From an archaeon GW2011_AR15 (lineage in GTDB: Archaea > Nanobdellota > Nanobdellia > Woesearchaeales > GW2011-AR15): a stretch of 64,000 nucleotides of DNA. Location of the stretch: the NCBI GenBank assembly GCA_000830295.1, contig CP010425.1, positions 608,001 through 672,000 on the forward strand. Reading direction: 5' to 3'. The notes below the pieces were generated by a model, which was not told where the DNA came from, did not search any database, and saw only the letters and a program-made list of their open reading frames with translations. Of the stretch, positions 1 through 10,351 are shown piece after piece. Both the position numbers and the translations under genes were made by a program. Each line of letters starts with the position of its first letter. Position 1 is the first letter of the stretch.

Positions 1-1602
1 CCTTATTCCCTTGCCTCCCCTTCCCTGCTGCTTGTATTCATCAAGGCTCATCCTTTTTATGTATCCTGAATGGCTTATTGTCACAACAACATCTTCCTCG
101 TCAATAAGGTCCTCAATATCAAGATCATCTTCATAGGCTATTATTTTTGTCCTTCTCTCATCTCCGTAATTGTCAATAAGTTCCTGCAGCTCTTTCTTTA
201 TCAGCCCAAGCACTTTGCTCTTGTCTGCAAGTATGCCTTCAAGCTCTGCAATAAGGCTGACAAGCCCAGCATGCTCATCCTTTATTTTCTTCTGCTCAAG
301 TGCAGCCAGCCTCTGAAGCTTCAGATCAAGTATTGCTTTTGCCTGCTCCTCGCTTAGCTGGTAATCCCTCATCAGCATGTCTTTTGCCTCTGCTGCATCG
401 GCAGACTTCTTTATTTTCTCAACAACAGCATCAATATGCGCCAATGCTACAAGAAGCCCTTCAAGAATATGGGCCCTCTCCGTGGCTTTCCTTAAATCGT
501 ATTTTGTCCTTCTTGTTATTATATTGGTCCTGTGCTCTATGTGATATTCAATAAGATTCTTCAGGTTGAGTGTCTTCGGGATATTATTGACAAGGGCAAG
601 GAACCTTATACCATAGCTCGTCTGGAGCCTTGAATGCTTGTAAAGCTGGTTTATTACCACTTCCGGATTTGTATCCTTTTTCAGGGTTATCACGATTCTC
701 ATCCCTGTCCTGTCGCTCTCATCCCTCAGCTCTGATATCTCTGTTATTGTCTTCTTCCTTACAAGGTCGGCAATCTCCTCAAGAAGCAGGGATTTGTTTA
801 TCATGTAGGGGATTTCCTTTACAATAAGCGAGACTCTCCCTTTCTTTTCCTCAGTCTCTATCCTTGCCCTTACCTTGATATTTCCTTTTCCTGTTGCATA
901 TGCCTGCTTTGCCCCGGCATCCCCGCACAGCAGGCCGCCTGTCGGCAGATCAGGGCCTTTTACAACAGCAGCAAGCTCATTAACGGATATCTCGGGATTG
1001 TCAATATTCATTATTATTGCCCTGCACACATCCTTAAGATTATGCGGGGGTACATTGGTTGCCATTCCGACAGCAATGCCGGATGAGCCGTTCACAAGAA
1101 GATTTGGCACAACGCTCGGAAGTATTTTGGGCTCCTTCAGCGAGCCGTCGAAATTATCCTGCATATCAACTGTTTCCTTTTCAATATCTTTCAGGATCTC
1201 AGATGAAACCTTCTCAAGCCTCGCCTCAGTATACCTCATGGCAGCGGGATTGTCGCCGTCAATGCTTCCGAAGTTTCCCTGCCCGTTAACAAGGGGATAT
1301 CTCAGGGACCATGGCTGCGCCATCCTCACAAGCGCATCATAGACAGAGGAGTCTCCGTGCGGGTGGTATTTACCAAGCGTCTCTCCCACGATTCTTGCGG
1401 ATTTCTTGAAAGGCTTGCCATGCTCCAGGCCGAGCTCCATCATCGTAAACAGGATACGCCTGTGGACAGGCTTTAAGCCGTCCCTCACATCAGGCAGAGC
1501 CCTTGAGACTATGACAGACATAGCATAATCAAGAAAATCTGCCTTCAGCTCATTTTCAATGATTGCCGGAATAACCCTTTCCTGATTACTTTCTTCTGCC
1601 AT
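1..1602 (-). CDS. gyrA: DNA gyrase subunit A (3' end runs off the window; absent from ORF track)
   Basis: Manual minus-strand translation from ATG at 1602: [51 protein letters not shown]...[53 protein letters not shown], the canonical GyrA/ParC motifs including the catalytic Tyr. Confidence 0.95.
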   Translation of the reverse strand, partial: MAEESNQERVIPAIIENELKADFLDYAMSVIVSRALPDVRDGLKPVHRRILFTMMELGLEHGKPFKKSARIVGETLGKYHPHGDSSVYDALVRMAQPWSLRYPLVNGQGNFGSIDGDNPAAMRYTEARLEKVSSEILKDIEKETVDMQDNFDGSLKEPKILPSVVPNLLVNGSSGIAVGMATNVPPHNLKDVCRAIIMNIDNPEISVNELAAVVKGPDLPTGGLLCGDAGAKQAYATGKGNIKVRARIETEEKKGRVSLIVKEIPYMINKSLLLEEIADLVRKKTITEISELRDESDRTGMRIVITLKKDTNPEVVINQLYKHSRLQTSYGIRFLALVNNIPKTLNLKNLIEYHIEHRTNIITRRTKYDLRKATERAHILEGLLVALAHIDAVVEKIKKSADAAEAKDMLMRDYQLSEEQAKAILDLKLQRLAALEQKKIKDEHAGLVSLIAELEGILADKSKVLGLIKKELQELIDNYGDERRTKIIAYEDDLDIEDLIDEEDVVVTISHSGYIKRMSLDEYKQQGRGGKGIR

Positions 1603-1755
1603 TTTTTACACAAAATTCAGCCCAGAAAATGCATATTTTTTTGCAATTTTCTCCTCTATAAACCTGAATATTTCCGCATTTAAAAAGGTTTTGTATTTCT
1701 TGGCCGAAAACCTGGCCGGGTTAACTATAAATATTAGGAGGATATATGGGAGTAT

Positions 1756-2025
1756 ATGGCTACTTTTGAGCAGCTTGAAAAAGACATAAAAGAGATAAAA
1801 GAGAGGAACAAAAAAGTAGAGGCAGACAAGGCCTGGGAGACAAGCTGGGCAAGGAGGATACTGGTTGCAGTCCTGACTTATGCTATAATAGCATATTTCT
1901 TTTATCTTGTCGGACTGCCTAACCCGCTGGCAAATGCATTTGTGCCTATGATTGCATTTGTCCTTTCAACATTGACCCTGTCATTTGCAAAGAAGCTCTG
2001 GGTGGATAGGGTTTACAAAAAATAG
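1756..2025 (+). CDS. small membrane protein (coiled-coil N-terminus, 2 TM)
   Basis: ORF with GGGAG upstream and two hydrophobic segments. Confidence 0.75.
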   Translation: MATFEQLEKDIKEIKERNKKVEADKAWETSWARRILVAVLTYAIIAYFFYLVGLPNPLANAFVPMIAFVLSTLTLSFAKKLWVDRVYKK

Positions 2026-2076
2026 CACACTTCTTTCCCTAAAATTTATAAACATATAATAAGCCACCATAAGTAG

Positions 2077-2760
2077 ATGAGAAAAGAGCCTATAATCAAG
2101 CTTGTGAACGTGTGGAAAACCTACACAATGGGAGAAGTCCAGGTGCATGCCCTGCGGGGACTTGACCTTGAAGTGAAAGAAGGGGAATTCCTTGCAATTA
2201 AAGGTCCTTCCGGCTCAGGAAAAAGCACAGCCATGAACCTTGTCGGATGCCTTGATATACCGACAAAAGGCCATGTCTATCTTGAAGGGAAGGATATTTC
2301 AGCGATGGGGGAGTCTGAACTGGCCCAGGTAAGGGGCAGGAAAATAGGCTTCATATTCCAGCAGTTTAACCTCATAAATACACTGACCGCTTTGGAGAAT
2401 GTAATGCTTCCCATGATGTTCCAGGGATTTCCAGAGGAGCAGAGGAAAAAAAGAGCAGCAGAGCTGCTTACAAAAGTCGGGCTCGGAGACAGGCTTCATC
2501 ATAGGCCTACAGAGCTTTCAGGAGGCCAGCAGCAGCGAGTTGCAATAGCGCGCTCCCTTGCAGTTGACCCTGATGTAATACTTGCGGACGAGCCCACAGG
2601 AAACCTTGATTCCGCAACAGGAAAAACATTCATGGAATTCCTGAGGAAACTCCATAGGGAAGAGAGGAAAACAATAGTAATGGTCACGCATGATGATATG
2701 CTTGCAAAAGAGGCAAGCAGGATCGAGCATATTAAAGACGGACAGCTTGTAAGGAGGTAA
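2077..2760 (+). CDS. ABC transporter ATP-binding protein (LolD/MacB-like)
   Basis: Walker [10 protein letters not shown], signature LSGGQQQR, Walker B ILADEPT, VTHD. Confidence 0.95.
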   Translation: MRKEPIIKLVNVWKTYTMGEVQVHALRGLDLEVKEGEFLAIKGPSGSGKSTAMNLVGCLDIPTKGHVYLEGKDISAMGESELAQVRGRKIGFIFQQFNLINTLTALENVMLPMMFQGFPEEQRKKRAAELLTKVGLGDRLHHRPTELSGGQQQRVAIARSLAVDPDVILADEPTGNLDSATGKTFMEFLRKLHREERKTIVMVTHDDMLAKEASRIEHIKDGQLVRR

Positions 2761-2763
2761 AAA

Positions 2764-4050
2764 ATGAAACTTAAAACAGTACTAACAGTTCTTTTTATGA
2801 TGGTCATGTTTACAGCAATTGTAAGCGCGCAGGCAATAATTGCGCCGACACTCGAAATGACTTTGCTCAACCAGGACCCGGACCCTGTAACACCCGGACA
2901 GTATGTTGAGCTCAGGTTCAGGGTGCATAATGACCAGACCAATACACTGGCAAGGAATGTCCATGTCAGGGTCCTTCCGAGCTATCCGTTCTCAGCAGTT
3001 TCAGGAAGCCCTACAGAAGTAAGCCTTGGAGACCTCCCAGGCACAACACTGAGAAATGAGATGATTACTGTAAAATTCAAGCTGAAAGTTGACGAGAACG
3101 CTGTCGAAGGGGATATCCCCCTGAAGCTGGAATACTCATTCAACAACATTTCTGTGACCCAGGAATTTGATGTCAGGATACAGACTGTGGATGCAAATCT
3201 CGGCATAGTTTCAATATCCTCATCTCCTGAAGAGATACTCCCCGGAGAGATGACAAAGCTGAGCGTAAGATTCAGGAATTTTGCGGATTCCACAATGAGG
3301 GACATCAGCCTCAAGCTTGACTTCGGGTATTCACACCTCCTTGACGAATCAACAGCAATAACTCCGACAGAATCGATAAATGCATTCAACTCACTTCCGT
3401 TTGTCCCTGTAGGCAGCTCATCAGAGCAAAAGCTGAGTGTGCTGGAGCCGGGCGAGGAATACACCTTTACATACAATATAATGACCTATACAGATGCAGA
3501 ATCAAAGGTCTATAAAGTGCCGGTCCAGATAACCTATCATGATGAAGTAGGCACCAACTATACAAAGCAGGATATAGTCGGCCTTGTTGTGGGTGGTGAG
3601 CCGGAGATATACGGGATTGTTGATGATTCCACATTAGCCAGGGGCGGCAGGTCAGGAAACGTGGTGATAAGGTTTGTCAACAGGGGGGTTACAGACGCAA
3701 GATTCGTCAATGTAAAGCTCCTCGAGACAGATGATTATGAAGTTGTTTCAGCAGGCGAGGTCTATCTTGGAGATGTTGACAGCGACGACTATGAAACAGC
3801 AGAATTCGACATCTACTCAAAAAGATCCGCAAGGGAGCCAAGGGACCTGAAGTTTGAGATGGAATACAAGGGAGCTGACAATGTCCTCTACACAAAAGAG
3901 CTCAATGTAACGCTCACCCCTGTAGATGCAGGCAAGCTTGGACAGGGCAGGAGCCCAGCAGGCTTGATAATCGTGCTGATACTTCTGGGAGCAGGCGGCT
4001 ATATCTACTGGAGAAGGCAGCAGGCAAAGAAAAAGCACAGCAGGAAATGA
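2764..4050 (+). CDS. COG1361-like S-layer/Ig-like membrane-anchored protein
   Basis: Signal peptide, QDPDPVTPG motif, repeated Ig-like segments, C-terminal TM plus basic tail; typical partner of archaeal MacB-type ABC operons. Confidence 0.75.
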   Translation: MKLKTVLTVLFMMVMFTAIVSAQAIIAPTLEMTLLNQDPDPVTPGQYVELRFRVHNDQTNTLARNVHVRVLPSYPFSAVSGSPTEVSLGDLPGTTLRNEMITVKFKLKVDENAVEGDIPLKLEYSFNNISVTQEFDVRIQTVDANLGIVSISSSPEEILPGEMTKLSVRFRNFADSTMRDISLKLDFGYSHLLDESTAITPTESINAFNSLPFVPVGSSSEQKLSVLEPGEEYTFTYNIMTYTDAESKVYKVPVQITYHDEVGTNYTKQDIVGLVVGGEPEIYGIVDDSTLARGGRSGNVVIRFVNRGVTDARFVNVKLLETDDYEVVSAGEVYLGDVDSDDYETAEFDIYSKRSAREPRDLKFEMEYKGADNVLYTKELNVTLTPVDAGKLGQGRSPAGLIIVLILLGAGGYIYWRRQQAKKKHSRK

Positions 4051-5267
4051 TAAAGGATTACATCAGGCTGTCGTTCCTTAGTCTCAGCCACAGGAAGCTA
4101 AGAAGCTGGCTGACAATGATAGGTATATTCATAGGAATAGCAGCCGTAATTTCCTTAATCGGCCTTGGAGAAGGCCTCAGGGTGGCTGTCAGAAACCAGT
4201 TTGGCTTTCTTGGAAATGATGTGCTGAGTGTGCAGGCATCAGGGCTTGATTATGCAGGCCCTCCGGGAACAGGCGCCGTTAATCCGCTTGAGGACACTCT
4301 TTATGAGAAGATACAGCGGCTTAACGGCGTAGAGACAGCATTCAACAGGTATATAGAGACAGGAAGGCTGGAATTCAATGATAAGCAGATAGTAGTGCCT
4401 GTAGGGTCTATCCCTATGGGCGAAGACAAAAAAATTCTGGAGAGGATGCTCAACATAGAGATGGCATCTGGCAGAGTATTGAGGGACAGCGACAGCAAAG
4501 GAGTCGTAGTGGGAAGCAGCATTGCTGATGAAAACTCATTTGGAAGGAAGCTTGAAGCAGGCAACAGGGTTGTGCTTAACGGAATTGAATTTGAAGTAAT
4601 AGGGATTCTTGAGCCAAAAGGCAGCTTCATACTTGACAACTCAGTAATGATTAACGAGGACTCCCTGCTTGATATATTCGGAGATGCCGGCACTACGGAC
4701 GTGATTGCTGTGAAGGTGAGAGATGAAAAAGAGATAGCGTCTGTGAAAACATCAATTGAAAACCTTCTGAGAAAGGAAAGAGATGTTAAAGAGGGGGAGG
4801 AGAATTTCAATGTCCAGTCTCCGCAGAATATTCTTGACACCCTGGACAGCACGTTGTTTGCAGTGCAGATTTTTATTTATGTCATAGCCACTATTTCACT
4901 GGTTGTGGGCGGCATAGGCATAATGAATACAATGTATACAGCAGTCCTTGAGAGGACAAAAGAGATAGGCATAATGAAGGCAATAGGGGCAAGGAACTCA
5001 ACCATATTCCTCCTGTTTTCAATGGAATCCGGATTCCTCGGGATGGTCGGAGGAATAATAGGCGTGCTCATTGGATTAGTGCTGGCATATGGCCTTTCAT
5101 TTATAGGACGACTTGTTTTGGGATCTGACCTGATACAGGCGAATATCAGCATCGCGCTTATAGTTTTCGCCCTTTTGTTTTCATTTCTGCTTGGAACAGT
5201 ATTTGGCGTATTGCCGGCGGTGCAGGCCTCAAAGATGCAGCCTGTGGAGGCGCTGAGGTCACAATGA
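4047..5267 (+). CDS. ABC transporter permease (MacB/FtsX family)
   Basis: RSWLTMIGIFIGIAAV N-terminal TM; GIMNTMYTAVLERTKEIGIMKAIGA; PVEALR. Confidence 0.93.
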   Translation: MIKDYIRLSFLSLSHRKLRSWLTMIGIFIGIAAVISLIGLGEGLRVAVRNQFGFLGNDVLSVQASGLDYAGPPGTGAVNPLEDTLYEKIQRLNGVETAFNRYIETGRLEFNDKQIVVPVGSIPMGEDKKILERMLNIEMASGRVLRDSDSKGVVVGSSIADENSFGRKLEAGNRVVLNGIEFEVIGILEPKGSFILDNSVMINEDSLLDIFGDAGTTDVIAVKVRDEKEIASVKTSIENLLRKERDVKEGEENFNVQSPQNILDTLDSTLFAVQIFIYVIATISLVVGGIGIMNTMYTAVLERTKEIGIMKAIGARNSTIFLLFSMESGFLGMVGGIIGVLIGLVLAYGLSFIGRLVLGSDLIQANISIALIVFALLFSFLLGTVFGVLPAVQASKMQPVEALRSQ

Positions 5268-6472
5268 GCAGCCTTCTCAAATATGCAATAGGGAACCTGC
5301 TGCACAGGAAAACAAGAAGCTGGCTTACTGTGCTTTCTATACTCATGGGCATAATGGCCGTATTTGCGCTTATGAGCTTCGGGTTGGGAATCCAGGCATA
5401 TGTTGAGGAAGTCGGGGAATCTACTGGAGCCGATAAGCTGTTCCTGCAGGGAAAAGGAATAGGTGCTCCAGGCACAGACACAAGCTTCTCAATCCCGAAA
5501 GAGGATGTTGATTTTCTCGGAAAAATAAGAGGGGTAAAGGATATAGCAGGGCTCTATTTCCAGGCTGCTGCAATCAAGTTCAATGACCAGATAAAGTATA
5601 ACTGGGCAATGGGAAATGAGCCCAGGGACTGGAGGTTTCTGGAGCAGTCTTTTGGCGGCGGGATAGAGACAGGCAGGGAGCTGAAGCAGGGGGACATAAG
5701 CAAAGTTGTGCTGGGATACAATTACCAGATTGAAGACAAGGTCTTCGGGAGAGCAGTTGCGCTTGGGGACAAAGTGGAGATAAATGACAGGGAATTTGAG
5801 GTTGTGGGATTCTACAGCGAGATAGGAAATCCGTCTGATGATGCGAATATCTACCTTACAGATGAGGCAATGGAGCTCATGTACCCTTCTATAAAAAATA
5901 AATACGGCTTCGTGATAATACAGGCAGACAGGGACGTTGATCCAACTGCCCTTGCAGAAAGGGTAGAAGAAGAATACAGGGAGCACAAGGGGCAGGAAGA
6001 AGGAAAGGAAGATTTCTATGTCCAGACATTCACCGACCTGCTGGAGACATTCGGCTCAATAATTACAGTCCTTAACAGTGTCCTGCTCCTCATCGCCCTG
6101 ATATCACTTATCGTGGCCTCAGTGAATATAATGAATACGATGTATACCTCAGTCCTTGAAAGGACAAAGGAAATAGGTGTGATGAAGGCAATAGGTGCAA
6201 GGAACACCAGCATCATGAAAATATTCATATACGAGTCAGGGATTCTCGGCCTTATAGGGGGCATCCTGGGAGTGGTACTTGGTTTCCTGGTGGCATCCGC
6301 AGCTGGAGGAGCAGCCGCAGCCGCAGGCTATTCTTCATTGCGGCCTATATTTCCTGTTTTCCTTGTACTTGGATGCCTCTTGTTTTCCTTTCTCATAGGG
6401 GCAGCGTCAGGCTTTTTCCCTGCATTAAAGGCTTCTAAATTAAAGCCTGCAAATGCGCTCAGATACGAATAA
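5264..6472 (+). CDS. ABC transporter permease (MacB/FtsX family), paralog
   Basis: NIMNTMYTSVLERTKEIGVMKAIGA; PANALRYE; ATGA overlap with the previous gene. Confidence 0.93.
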   Translation: MSSLLKYAIGNLLHRKTRSWLTVLSILMGIMAVFALMSFGLGIQAYVEEVGESTGADKLFLQGKGIGAPGTDTSFSIPKEDVDFLGKIRGVKDIAGLYFQAAAIKFNDQIKYNWAMGNEPRDWRFLEQSFGGGIETGRELKQGDISKVVLGYNYQIEDKVFGRAVALGDKVEINDREFEVVGFYSEIGNPSDDANIYLTDEAMELMYPSIKNKYGFVIIQADRDVDPTALAERVEEEYREHKGQEEGKEDFYVQTFTDLLETFGSIITVLNSVLLLIALISLIVASVNIMNTMYTSVLERTKEIGVMKAIGARNTSIMKIFIYESGILGLIGGILGVVLGFLVASAAGGAAAAAGYSSLRPIFPVFLVLGCLLFSFLIGAASGFFPALKASKLKPANALRYE

Positions 6473-6555
6473 CTTGACTTTTTTTTAGGAATCTTTTTAA
6501 ATGGAACCCCATTTAGCTATGATAAATACATATTTATTTACGGAGGTAAATCATT

Positions 6556-6699
6556 ATGGCAGACGGATATTGTGTTAAATGCAAAACAAAAAGACAGATG
6601 GCAGATGCCAAGGAAGTTACAATGAAAAACGGCAGGAAAGCCATGAAAGGCAAGTGTCCAAAGTGCGGCACAGGCATGTACAAGATCTTAGGGAAGTAA
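6556..6699 (+). CDS. 47-aa Zn-ribbon protein (DUF5679-like), absent from ORF track
   Basis: MADGYCVKCKTKRQMADAKEVTMKNGRKAMKGKCPKCGTGMYKILGK; two CxxC; strong RBS GGAGGT at 6542; T-rich tract after the stop. Confidence 0.85.
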   Translation: MADGYCVKCKTKRQMADAKEVTMKNGRKAMKGKCPKCGTGMYKILGK

Positions 6700-6766
6700 T
6701 CCCCTTATTTTTCTTTTAATTTTTTTACGATATATTTATATACTATATTTCCCTTAAACACTCCCT

Positions 6767-7639
6767 ATGGTAAAGGCAAATGTCGACAGGATTCTCGAGA
6801 TTCTCAGGCAGAAAAAATCTCTCAATATAAAGGATCTTGCATCACAGCTCGGGATAAAGAAAGAGGACGCTGAGAAATCTGCAGAATACCTGGAGCAGGA
6901 TGGCGTAGTAAGGATAGAGCACAGGTTCCCGAATACAATTGTCGCGCTTGTAGGTGATGCTTCATCTTTTGGAAATACTGACAGCAGCATGATGCCACCC
7001 CTTGACCTGCAAAAACAACAGGAGACAAAAGAGCAGCCAGCTGGGAAAAAGCCAATGCTCCCCAAGCTTAGCATACCGAAACTGAAGCAGGCAAAGCCTG
7101 AAGCAAAGCAGCCGAAACCAGAACCCGTAAACCAGTTCCCGCAGCCATCATGGCCAGGGCAGAAAGGCCAGAAAAAGGTTGAGTGGCCCGGACTGGAGAA
7201 TCAGAAGAAAGCTGAATGGCCGGAAGATATAAAGAAGACAGTAAAAACAGAAGAGAAAAAGCAGGATGTTCCAAAAACACCAAAAAAAGAAGAGCCCGTG
7301 ATACTTAAGGATGAAAACCCTCTTGAGCCCGAGACTCCGGGATTCTATATGGCTCCGCCTGATCCTGACGGGGAGCATGTCTACCACTTTGAAGCCTATT
7401 ATGACTTTCCTGAAGACATAAAGACGGATTCTGACAAAATCAGTTTTCTTCTCACTGAGATAAATAAAAAAATAGCATCCAGGAACTATGACGGCCTTAA
7501 CAAGATGTACAGGGTGCTTTATGACATATACAACAACACAGTAAGCATGAGTCCTAATGAGCTGTACCGGACTGCCGGAATAATCCAGGCGGTCTTTGAT
7601 AAGATTAAGAATTTATACATGAAACAGCAGGCAGTTTAA
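6767..7639 (+). CDS. hypothetical protein: N-terminal winged-HTH-like segment, Pro/Lys/Glu-rich linker, helical C-terminus
   Basis: ILEILRQKKSLNIKDLASQLGIKKEDAEKSAEYLEQDGVVRIE resembles wHTH. Confidence 0.65.
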   Translation: MVKANVDRILEILRQKKSLNIKDLASQLGIKKEDAEKSAEYLEQDGVVRIEHRFPNTIVALVGDASSFGNTDSSMMPPLDLQKQQETKEQPAGKKPMLPKLSIPKLKQAKPEAKQPKPEPVNQFPQPSWPGQKGQKKVEWPGLENQKKAEWPEDIKKTVKTEEKKQDVPKTPKKEEPVILKDENPLEPETPGFYMAPPDPDGEHVYHFEAYYDFPEDIKTDSDKISFLLTEINKKIASRNYDGLNKMYRVLYDIYNNTVSMSPNELYRTAGIIQAVFDKIKNLYMKQQAV

Positions 7640-7644
7640 TAAGA

Positions 7645-7653
7645 TTTTTAAAA
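7645..7653 (+). promoter_or_regulatory. TATA-box-like element upstream of the tRNA-Arg locus
   Basis: TTTTTAAAA about 26 nt before the first (partial) copy of the tRNA 5' end at 7679. Confidence 0.5.
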
Positions 7654-7675
7654 CACTGTTAATTCTTTCTCTATT

Positions 7676-7778
7676 CATGCGCCTTGTAGCTCACATGAAT
7701 CAACTGTCCTGTCGGTTGACACCGGTGTGCGGCGTGCGCTCATTAGTGAGCTTAGCCCCACTAATAAAGAAAAAACAT

Positions 7779-7792
<14 letters not shown>
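7676..7792 (+). repeat. direct duplication of tRNA-Arg 5' end flanking a two-hairpin insert
   Basis: CATGCGCCTTGTAGCTCA (7676) vs CATGCGCCTGTAGCTCA (7776); insert has TCAACTG/CGGTTGA and GTGCGGC..GCTCA/TGAGC..GCCCCAC stems and an A-rich end. Confidence 0.8.
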
Positions 7793-7853
<61 letters not shown>

Positions 7854-7867
7854 CTTTTCTTTTGCTC

Positions 7868-8260
7868 CTATACATATATGCCGACAGAATAAGATTTATA
7901 CAATTTTCCGGCTATATTGCCGCGGGTTCCAAGATTCATCAGCAGGAGATTTGAAAGCTCCTCTGACATTGGTTGTCCGTTCCTTTCAGGGGACCAGATT
8001 TTTTTCTCTGCTGAATAAACCAGGTGTGCCTGGGAAACAAAATCTTTCAGCAGGCTTCTCTGGAGAGGGCCGAAGTTAAATTTAGCCTCAATTCTTCCTA
8101 TCATCTCTTCAAGATAATAATCTGTGCCGGAAGGATTTGAATCATAGATAATTCTATAAGCTGCATAAGCATCAAGAACAAGCCTGAATTCACTCATCTC
8201 CAACTTTTCTTTACGTAATGCCTCAAGCAGCTTTTTTTCTTCCTTTGTATAGGTCGGCAT
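7868..8260 (-). CDS. hypothetical protein (probable start ATG 8260)
   Basis: ORF; TTTAAATAT box about 25 nt upstream of ATG 8260. Confidence 0.55.
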   Translation of the reverse strand: MPTYTKEEKKLLEALRKEKLEMSEFRLVLDAYAAYRIIYDSNPSGTDYYLEEMIGRIEAKFNFGPLQRSLLKDFVSQAHLVYSAEKKIWSPERNGQPMSEELSNLLLMNLGTRGNIAGKLYKSYSVGIYV

Positions 8261-8336
8261 ATTCAGTCGAAGAAGCATCTTATATTTAAAATTAGCCTGA
8301 TTAAATTTAAATATCGGGGTTTATTGCCCTTGAGCT

Positions 8337-9014
8337 ATGGACAGGGAGCAGCTTCTGGCAGTGTATAATGTGAGGAGAGACAGGATAAAGTCAAGGCTAG
8401 GTGAGTTTACGCGATTCTACAATGAGCCTGTCTCATGGTTTTATGAGGAGAAAAGCATGGTATTGAAGCCTGTTGACAGAGACCATAATGAAAGGATATT
8501 TGAGGAGCTCTGCTTCTGCCTTATGACTGCCAACACCTCAGCAGAGATGGGGCTGAAAGGCGTAGATGGCATAAGAAAGATACTTTTTACAGGCTCTCTG
8601 GAAGATATACAGCTGGCGCTTGCTGATGCAGGATACAGGTATCCCAACAAAAGGGCAGAGTATATTATCGAAGCGAGAGAAAGGTTTTCAGATGTAAGGG
8701 AGCTTGTTGAAAGCCATGAGGACAAAAAGAAGCTCAGGGAGCATCTTGCAGAGAATGTGAAGGGTTTGGGATACAAGGAAGCCAGCCATTTCCTTAGGAA
8801 TATAGGGGTTTTCGGGCTGGCAATACTTGACAAGCACATCCTCAGGACAATGCATGAGCATGGTGTGATTGAAGGGCTGCCAAAATCGCTGAACAGGAAA
8901 AATTATTTAGATATAGAAGAAAAATTTATTAAGTTTGCAGATGAGCTTGAGATAAACATGGACGAGCTCGACCTCCTGCTGTGGTCAATGAAGAACGGCA
9001 GGATTTTGAAATAG
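8337..9014 (+). CDS. ogg: 8-oxoguanine DNA glycosylase / AP lyase (archaeal Ogg)
   Basis: FEELCFCLMTANTSA, YRYPNKRAEYI, HhH VKGLGYKEASHFLRNIG, LAILDKHILR, LDLLLW. Confidence 0.92.
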   Translation: MDREQLLAVYNVRRDRIKSRLGEFTRFYNEPVSWFYEEKSMVLKPVDRDHNERIFEELCFCLMTANTSAEMGLKGVDGIRKILFTGSLEDIQLALADAGYRYPNKRAEYIIEARERFSDVRELVESHEDKKKLREHLAENVKGLGYKEASHFLRNIGVFGLAILDKHILRTMHEHGVIEGLPKSLNRKNYLDIEEKFIKFADELEINMDELDLLLWSMKNGRILK

Positions 9015-9015
9015 C

Positions 9016-9166
9016 ACGGTAGTGGTCTAACGGCATGACACGACCCTCCCAACCTTTTAAGAAAAGGTTGGCGAAAACAGGTGGGTTTCTTCACCTTGTT
9101 CGTCAAGCCCACATCAAAAAAAGGGAGAGTGAGGTCGATATCCGGGTTCAATTCCCGGCTACCGTA
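9016..9166 (+). tRNA. tRNA-Gly (CCC) with ~80-nt intron at 37/38 (9052-9131)
   Basis: Acceptor ACGGTAG/CTACCGT, anticodon stem CGACC/GGTCG, loop CTCCCA|A, T arm CCGGG-TTCAATT-CCCGG; intron 3' GGGAG pairs with CTCCC (BHB-like). Confidence 0.85.
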
Positions 9167-9220
9167 TTTTTTCTAATTCAATAGATTTTAATACTTAAAT
9201 TGTTTTAAAACTGCCCAGAG

Positions 9221-9724
9221 ATGGAAACAAAAGGGTTTTCACTGTGGCTTATGCCCGAAGGCGAGCAGTACAAAAGATTCAGCGGGATAATTTCTGATTT
9301 AGGTAAAAGATACAAAGGGCCAAGATTTGAACCGCATATAACTCTTTTAGGAGATATAGAAAGGGGTAAGGAAGATGTATTCAACAGGGCAAACCAGCTG
9401 GCGCAGGTTGTAAAGCCCTTTAATGTAAAGCTTGACAGGACAGAATACTCCAATGAATATTTTAAATGTGTTTTTGCCAGGGCAGAAGAAGAATACGAAT
9501 TCATGAAAGCAGGGGATATTGCCAGAAGGTTTTTCTATATGGAATCCCAGAAATTCATGCCTCACCTGAGCCTGCTGTACGGGAATTACAGCGAAGATAT
9601 AAAGAAAGAGATTGTCTCGAAACTGAAAATAAATGAGGAAGTGCCAGTGAATTGCCTGCATGTTGCCGAAACAAAGGGCGAGCCAGAAGAATGGAAGATA
9701 CTGAGGAAAATACCTTTCAGATAA
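9221..9724 (+). CDS. 2H phosphoesterase / cyclic phosphodiesterase-like protein
   Basis: FSLWLMP, FEPHITL and FMPHLSLLYG: two HxT/S motifs. Confidence 0.85.
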   Translation: METKGFSLWLMPEGEQYKRFSGIISDLGKRYKGPRFEPHITLLGDIERGKEDVFNRANQLAQVVKPFNVKLDRTEYSNEYFKCVFARAEEEYEFMKAGDIARRFFYMESQKFMPHLSLLYGNYSEDIKKEIVSKLKINEEVPVNCLHVAETKGEPEEWKILRKIPFR

Positions 9725-10269
9725 GCAGCCTGTTCAGGGATAAATATAAGCTGAGGCTTGTAATTATTACAGTCCTTACTTTAATGATACTCTCAGTTTT
9801 CATAAATATCTGGGCACTTGTATTCATCATCACTTTCTCATTCCTCAATTCCCTCCTGCTTTCCATAGAGAGGTATGTCAGCATAACCCATGATCTTGAG
9901 CTTTCTACATTCTCAGCGGTCATGATGAGCGTCTCTTTTGGGCTTGGATGGGGGATGACAGCGGCATTCTTCACGAAATTCATGGAGATAATGTATAACA
10001 AAAGCATGGAGATAGAGGACATACTTGCAATCACGTCATTCATGATTGCCGCGGTCCTTGGCTTTATTTTTAGGGATATGAATATAACCGAGGTCGGAAT
10101 AGTTGTTACCTTTGCCGTCAATGTATTCAACTTCATTACATCCAGCATGGTGGGATACTACACCAAGTATGAACTTATATTCCAGGTAATGACAAATATA
10201 GTGCTGAACCTTGTCCTTTTCGTGAGTGCAGCCCCGGTATTGCTTACACTTCTCACTCTTTTAAGATAA
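9691..10269 (+). CDS. multi-pass membrane protein (probable start ATG 9691)
   Basis: About 6 hydrophobic segments; overlaps the end of the previous gene. Confidence 0.7.
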   Translation: MEDTEENTFQISSLFRDKYKLRLVIITVLTLMILSVFINIWALVFIITFSFLNSLLLSIERYVSITHDLELSTFSAVMMSVSFGLGWGMTAAFFTKFMEIMYNKSMEIEDILAITSFMIAAVLGFIFRDMNITEVGIVVTFAVNVFNFITSSMVGYYTKYELIFQVMTNIVLNLVLFVSAAPVLLTLLTLLR

Positions 10270-10304
10270 GATTTAAAAGATAATGGCTTTTCTTTTGTTT
10301 ATAT

Positions 10305-10344
10305 GCGGAGGTGCGTTGAAACCGGAAACGGTTCACTGACCTCC
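10305..10344 (+). repeat. extra copy of tRNA-Leu 5' end (GCGGAGGT) closed into a GAAA-capped hairpin
   Basis: GGAGGT(10307)/ACCTCC(10339) enclosing TGAAACCG-GAAA-CGGTTCA; TTTAAAAG box at 10272. Confidence 0.6.
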
Positions 10345-10351
10345 TCAAAAC

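Noticed and set aside
70-1342. Plus-strand ORFs 70-357, 300-554, 630-827, 875-1342, 1059-1289
   Set aside because: Antisense shadows of gyrA.
4910-6210. Near-identical DNA blocks in the two ABC permease genes
   Set aside because: Expected conservation of the ERTKEIG motif between paralogs.
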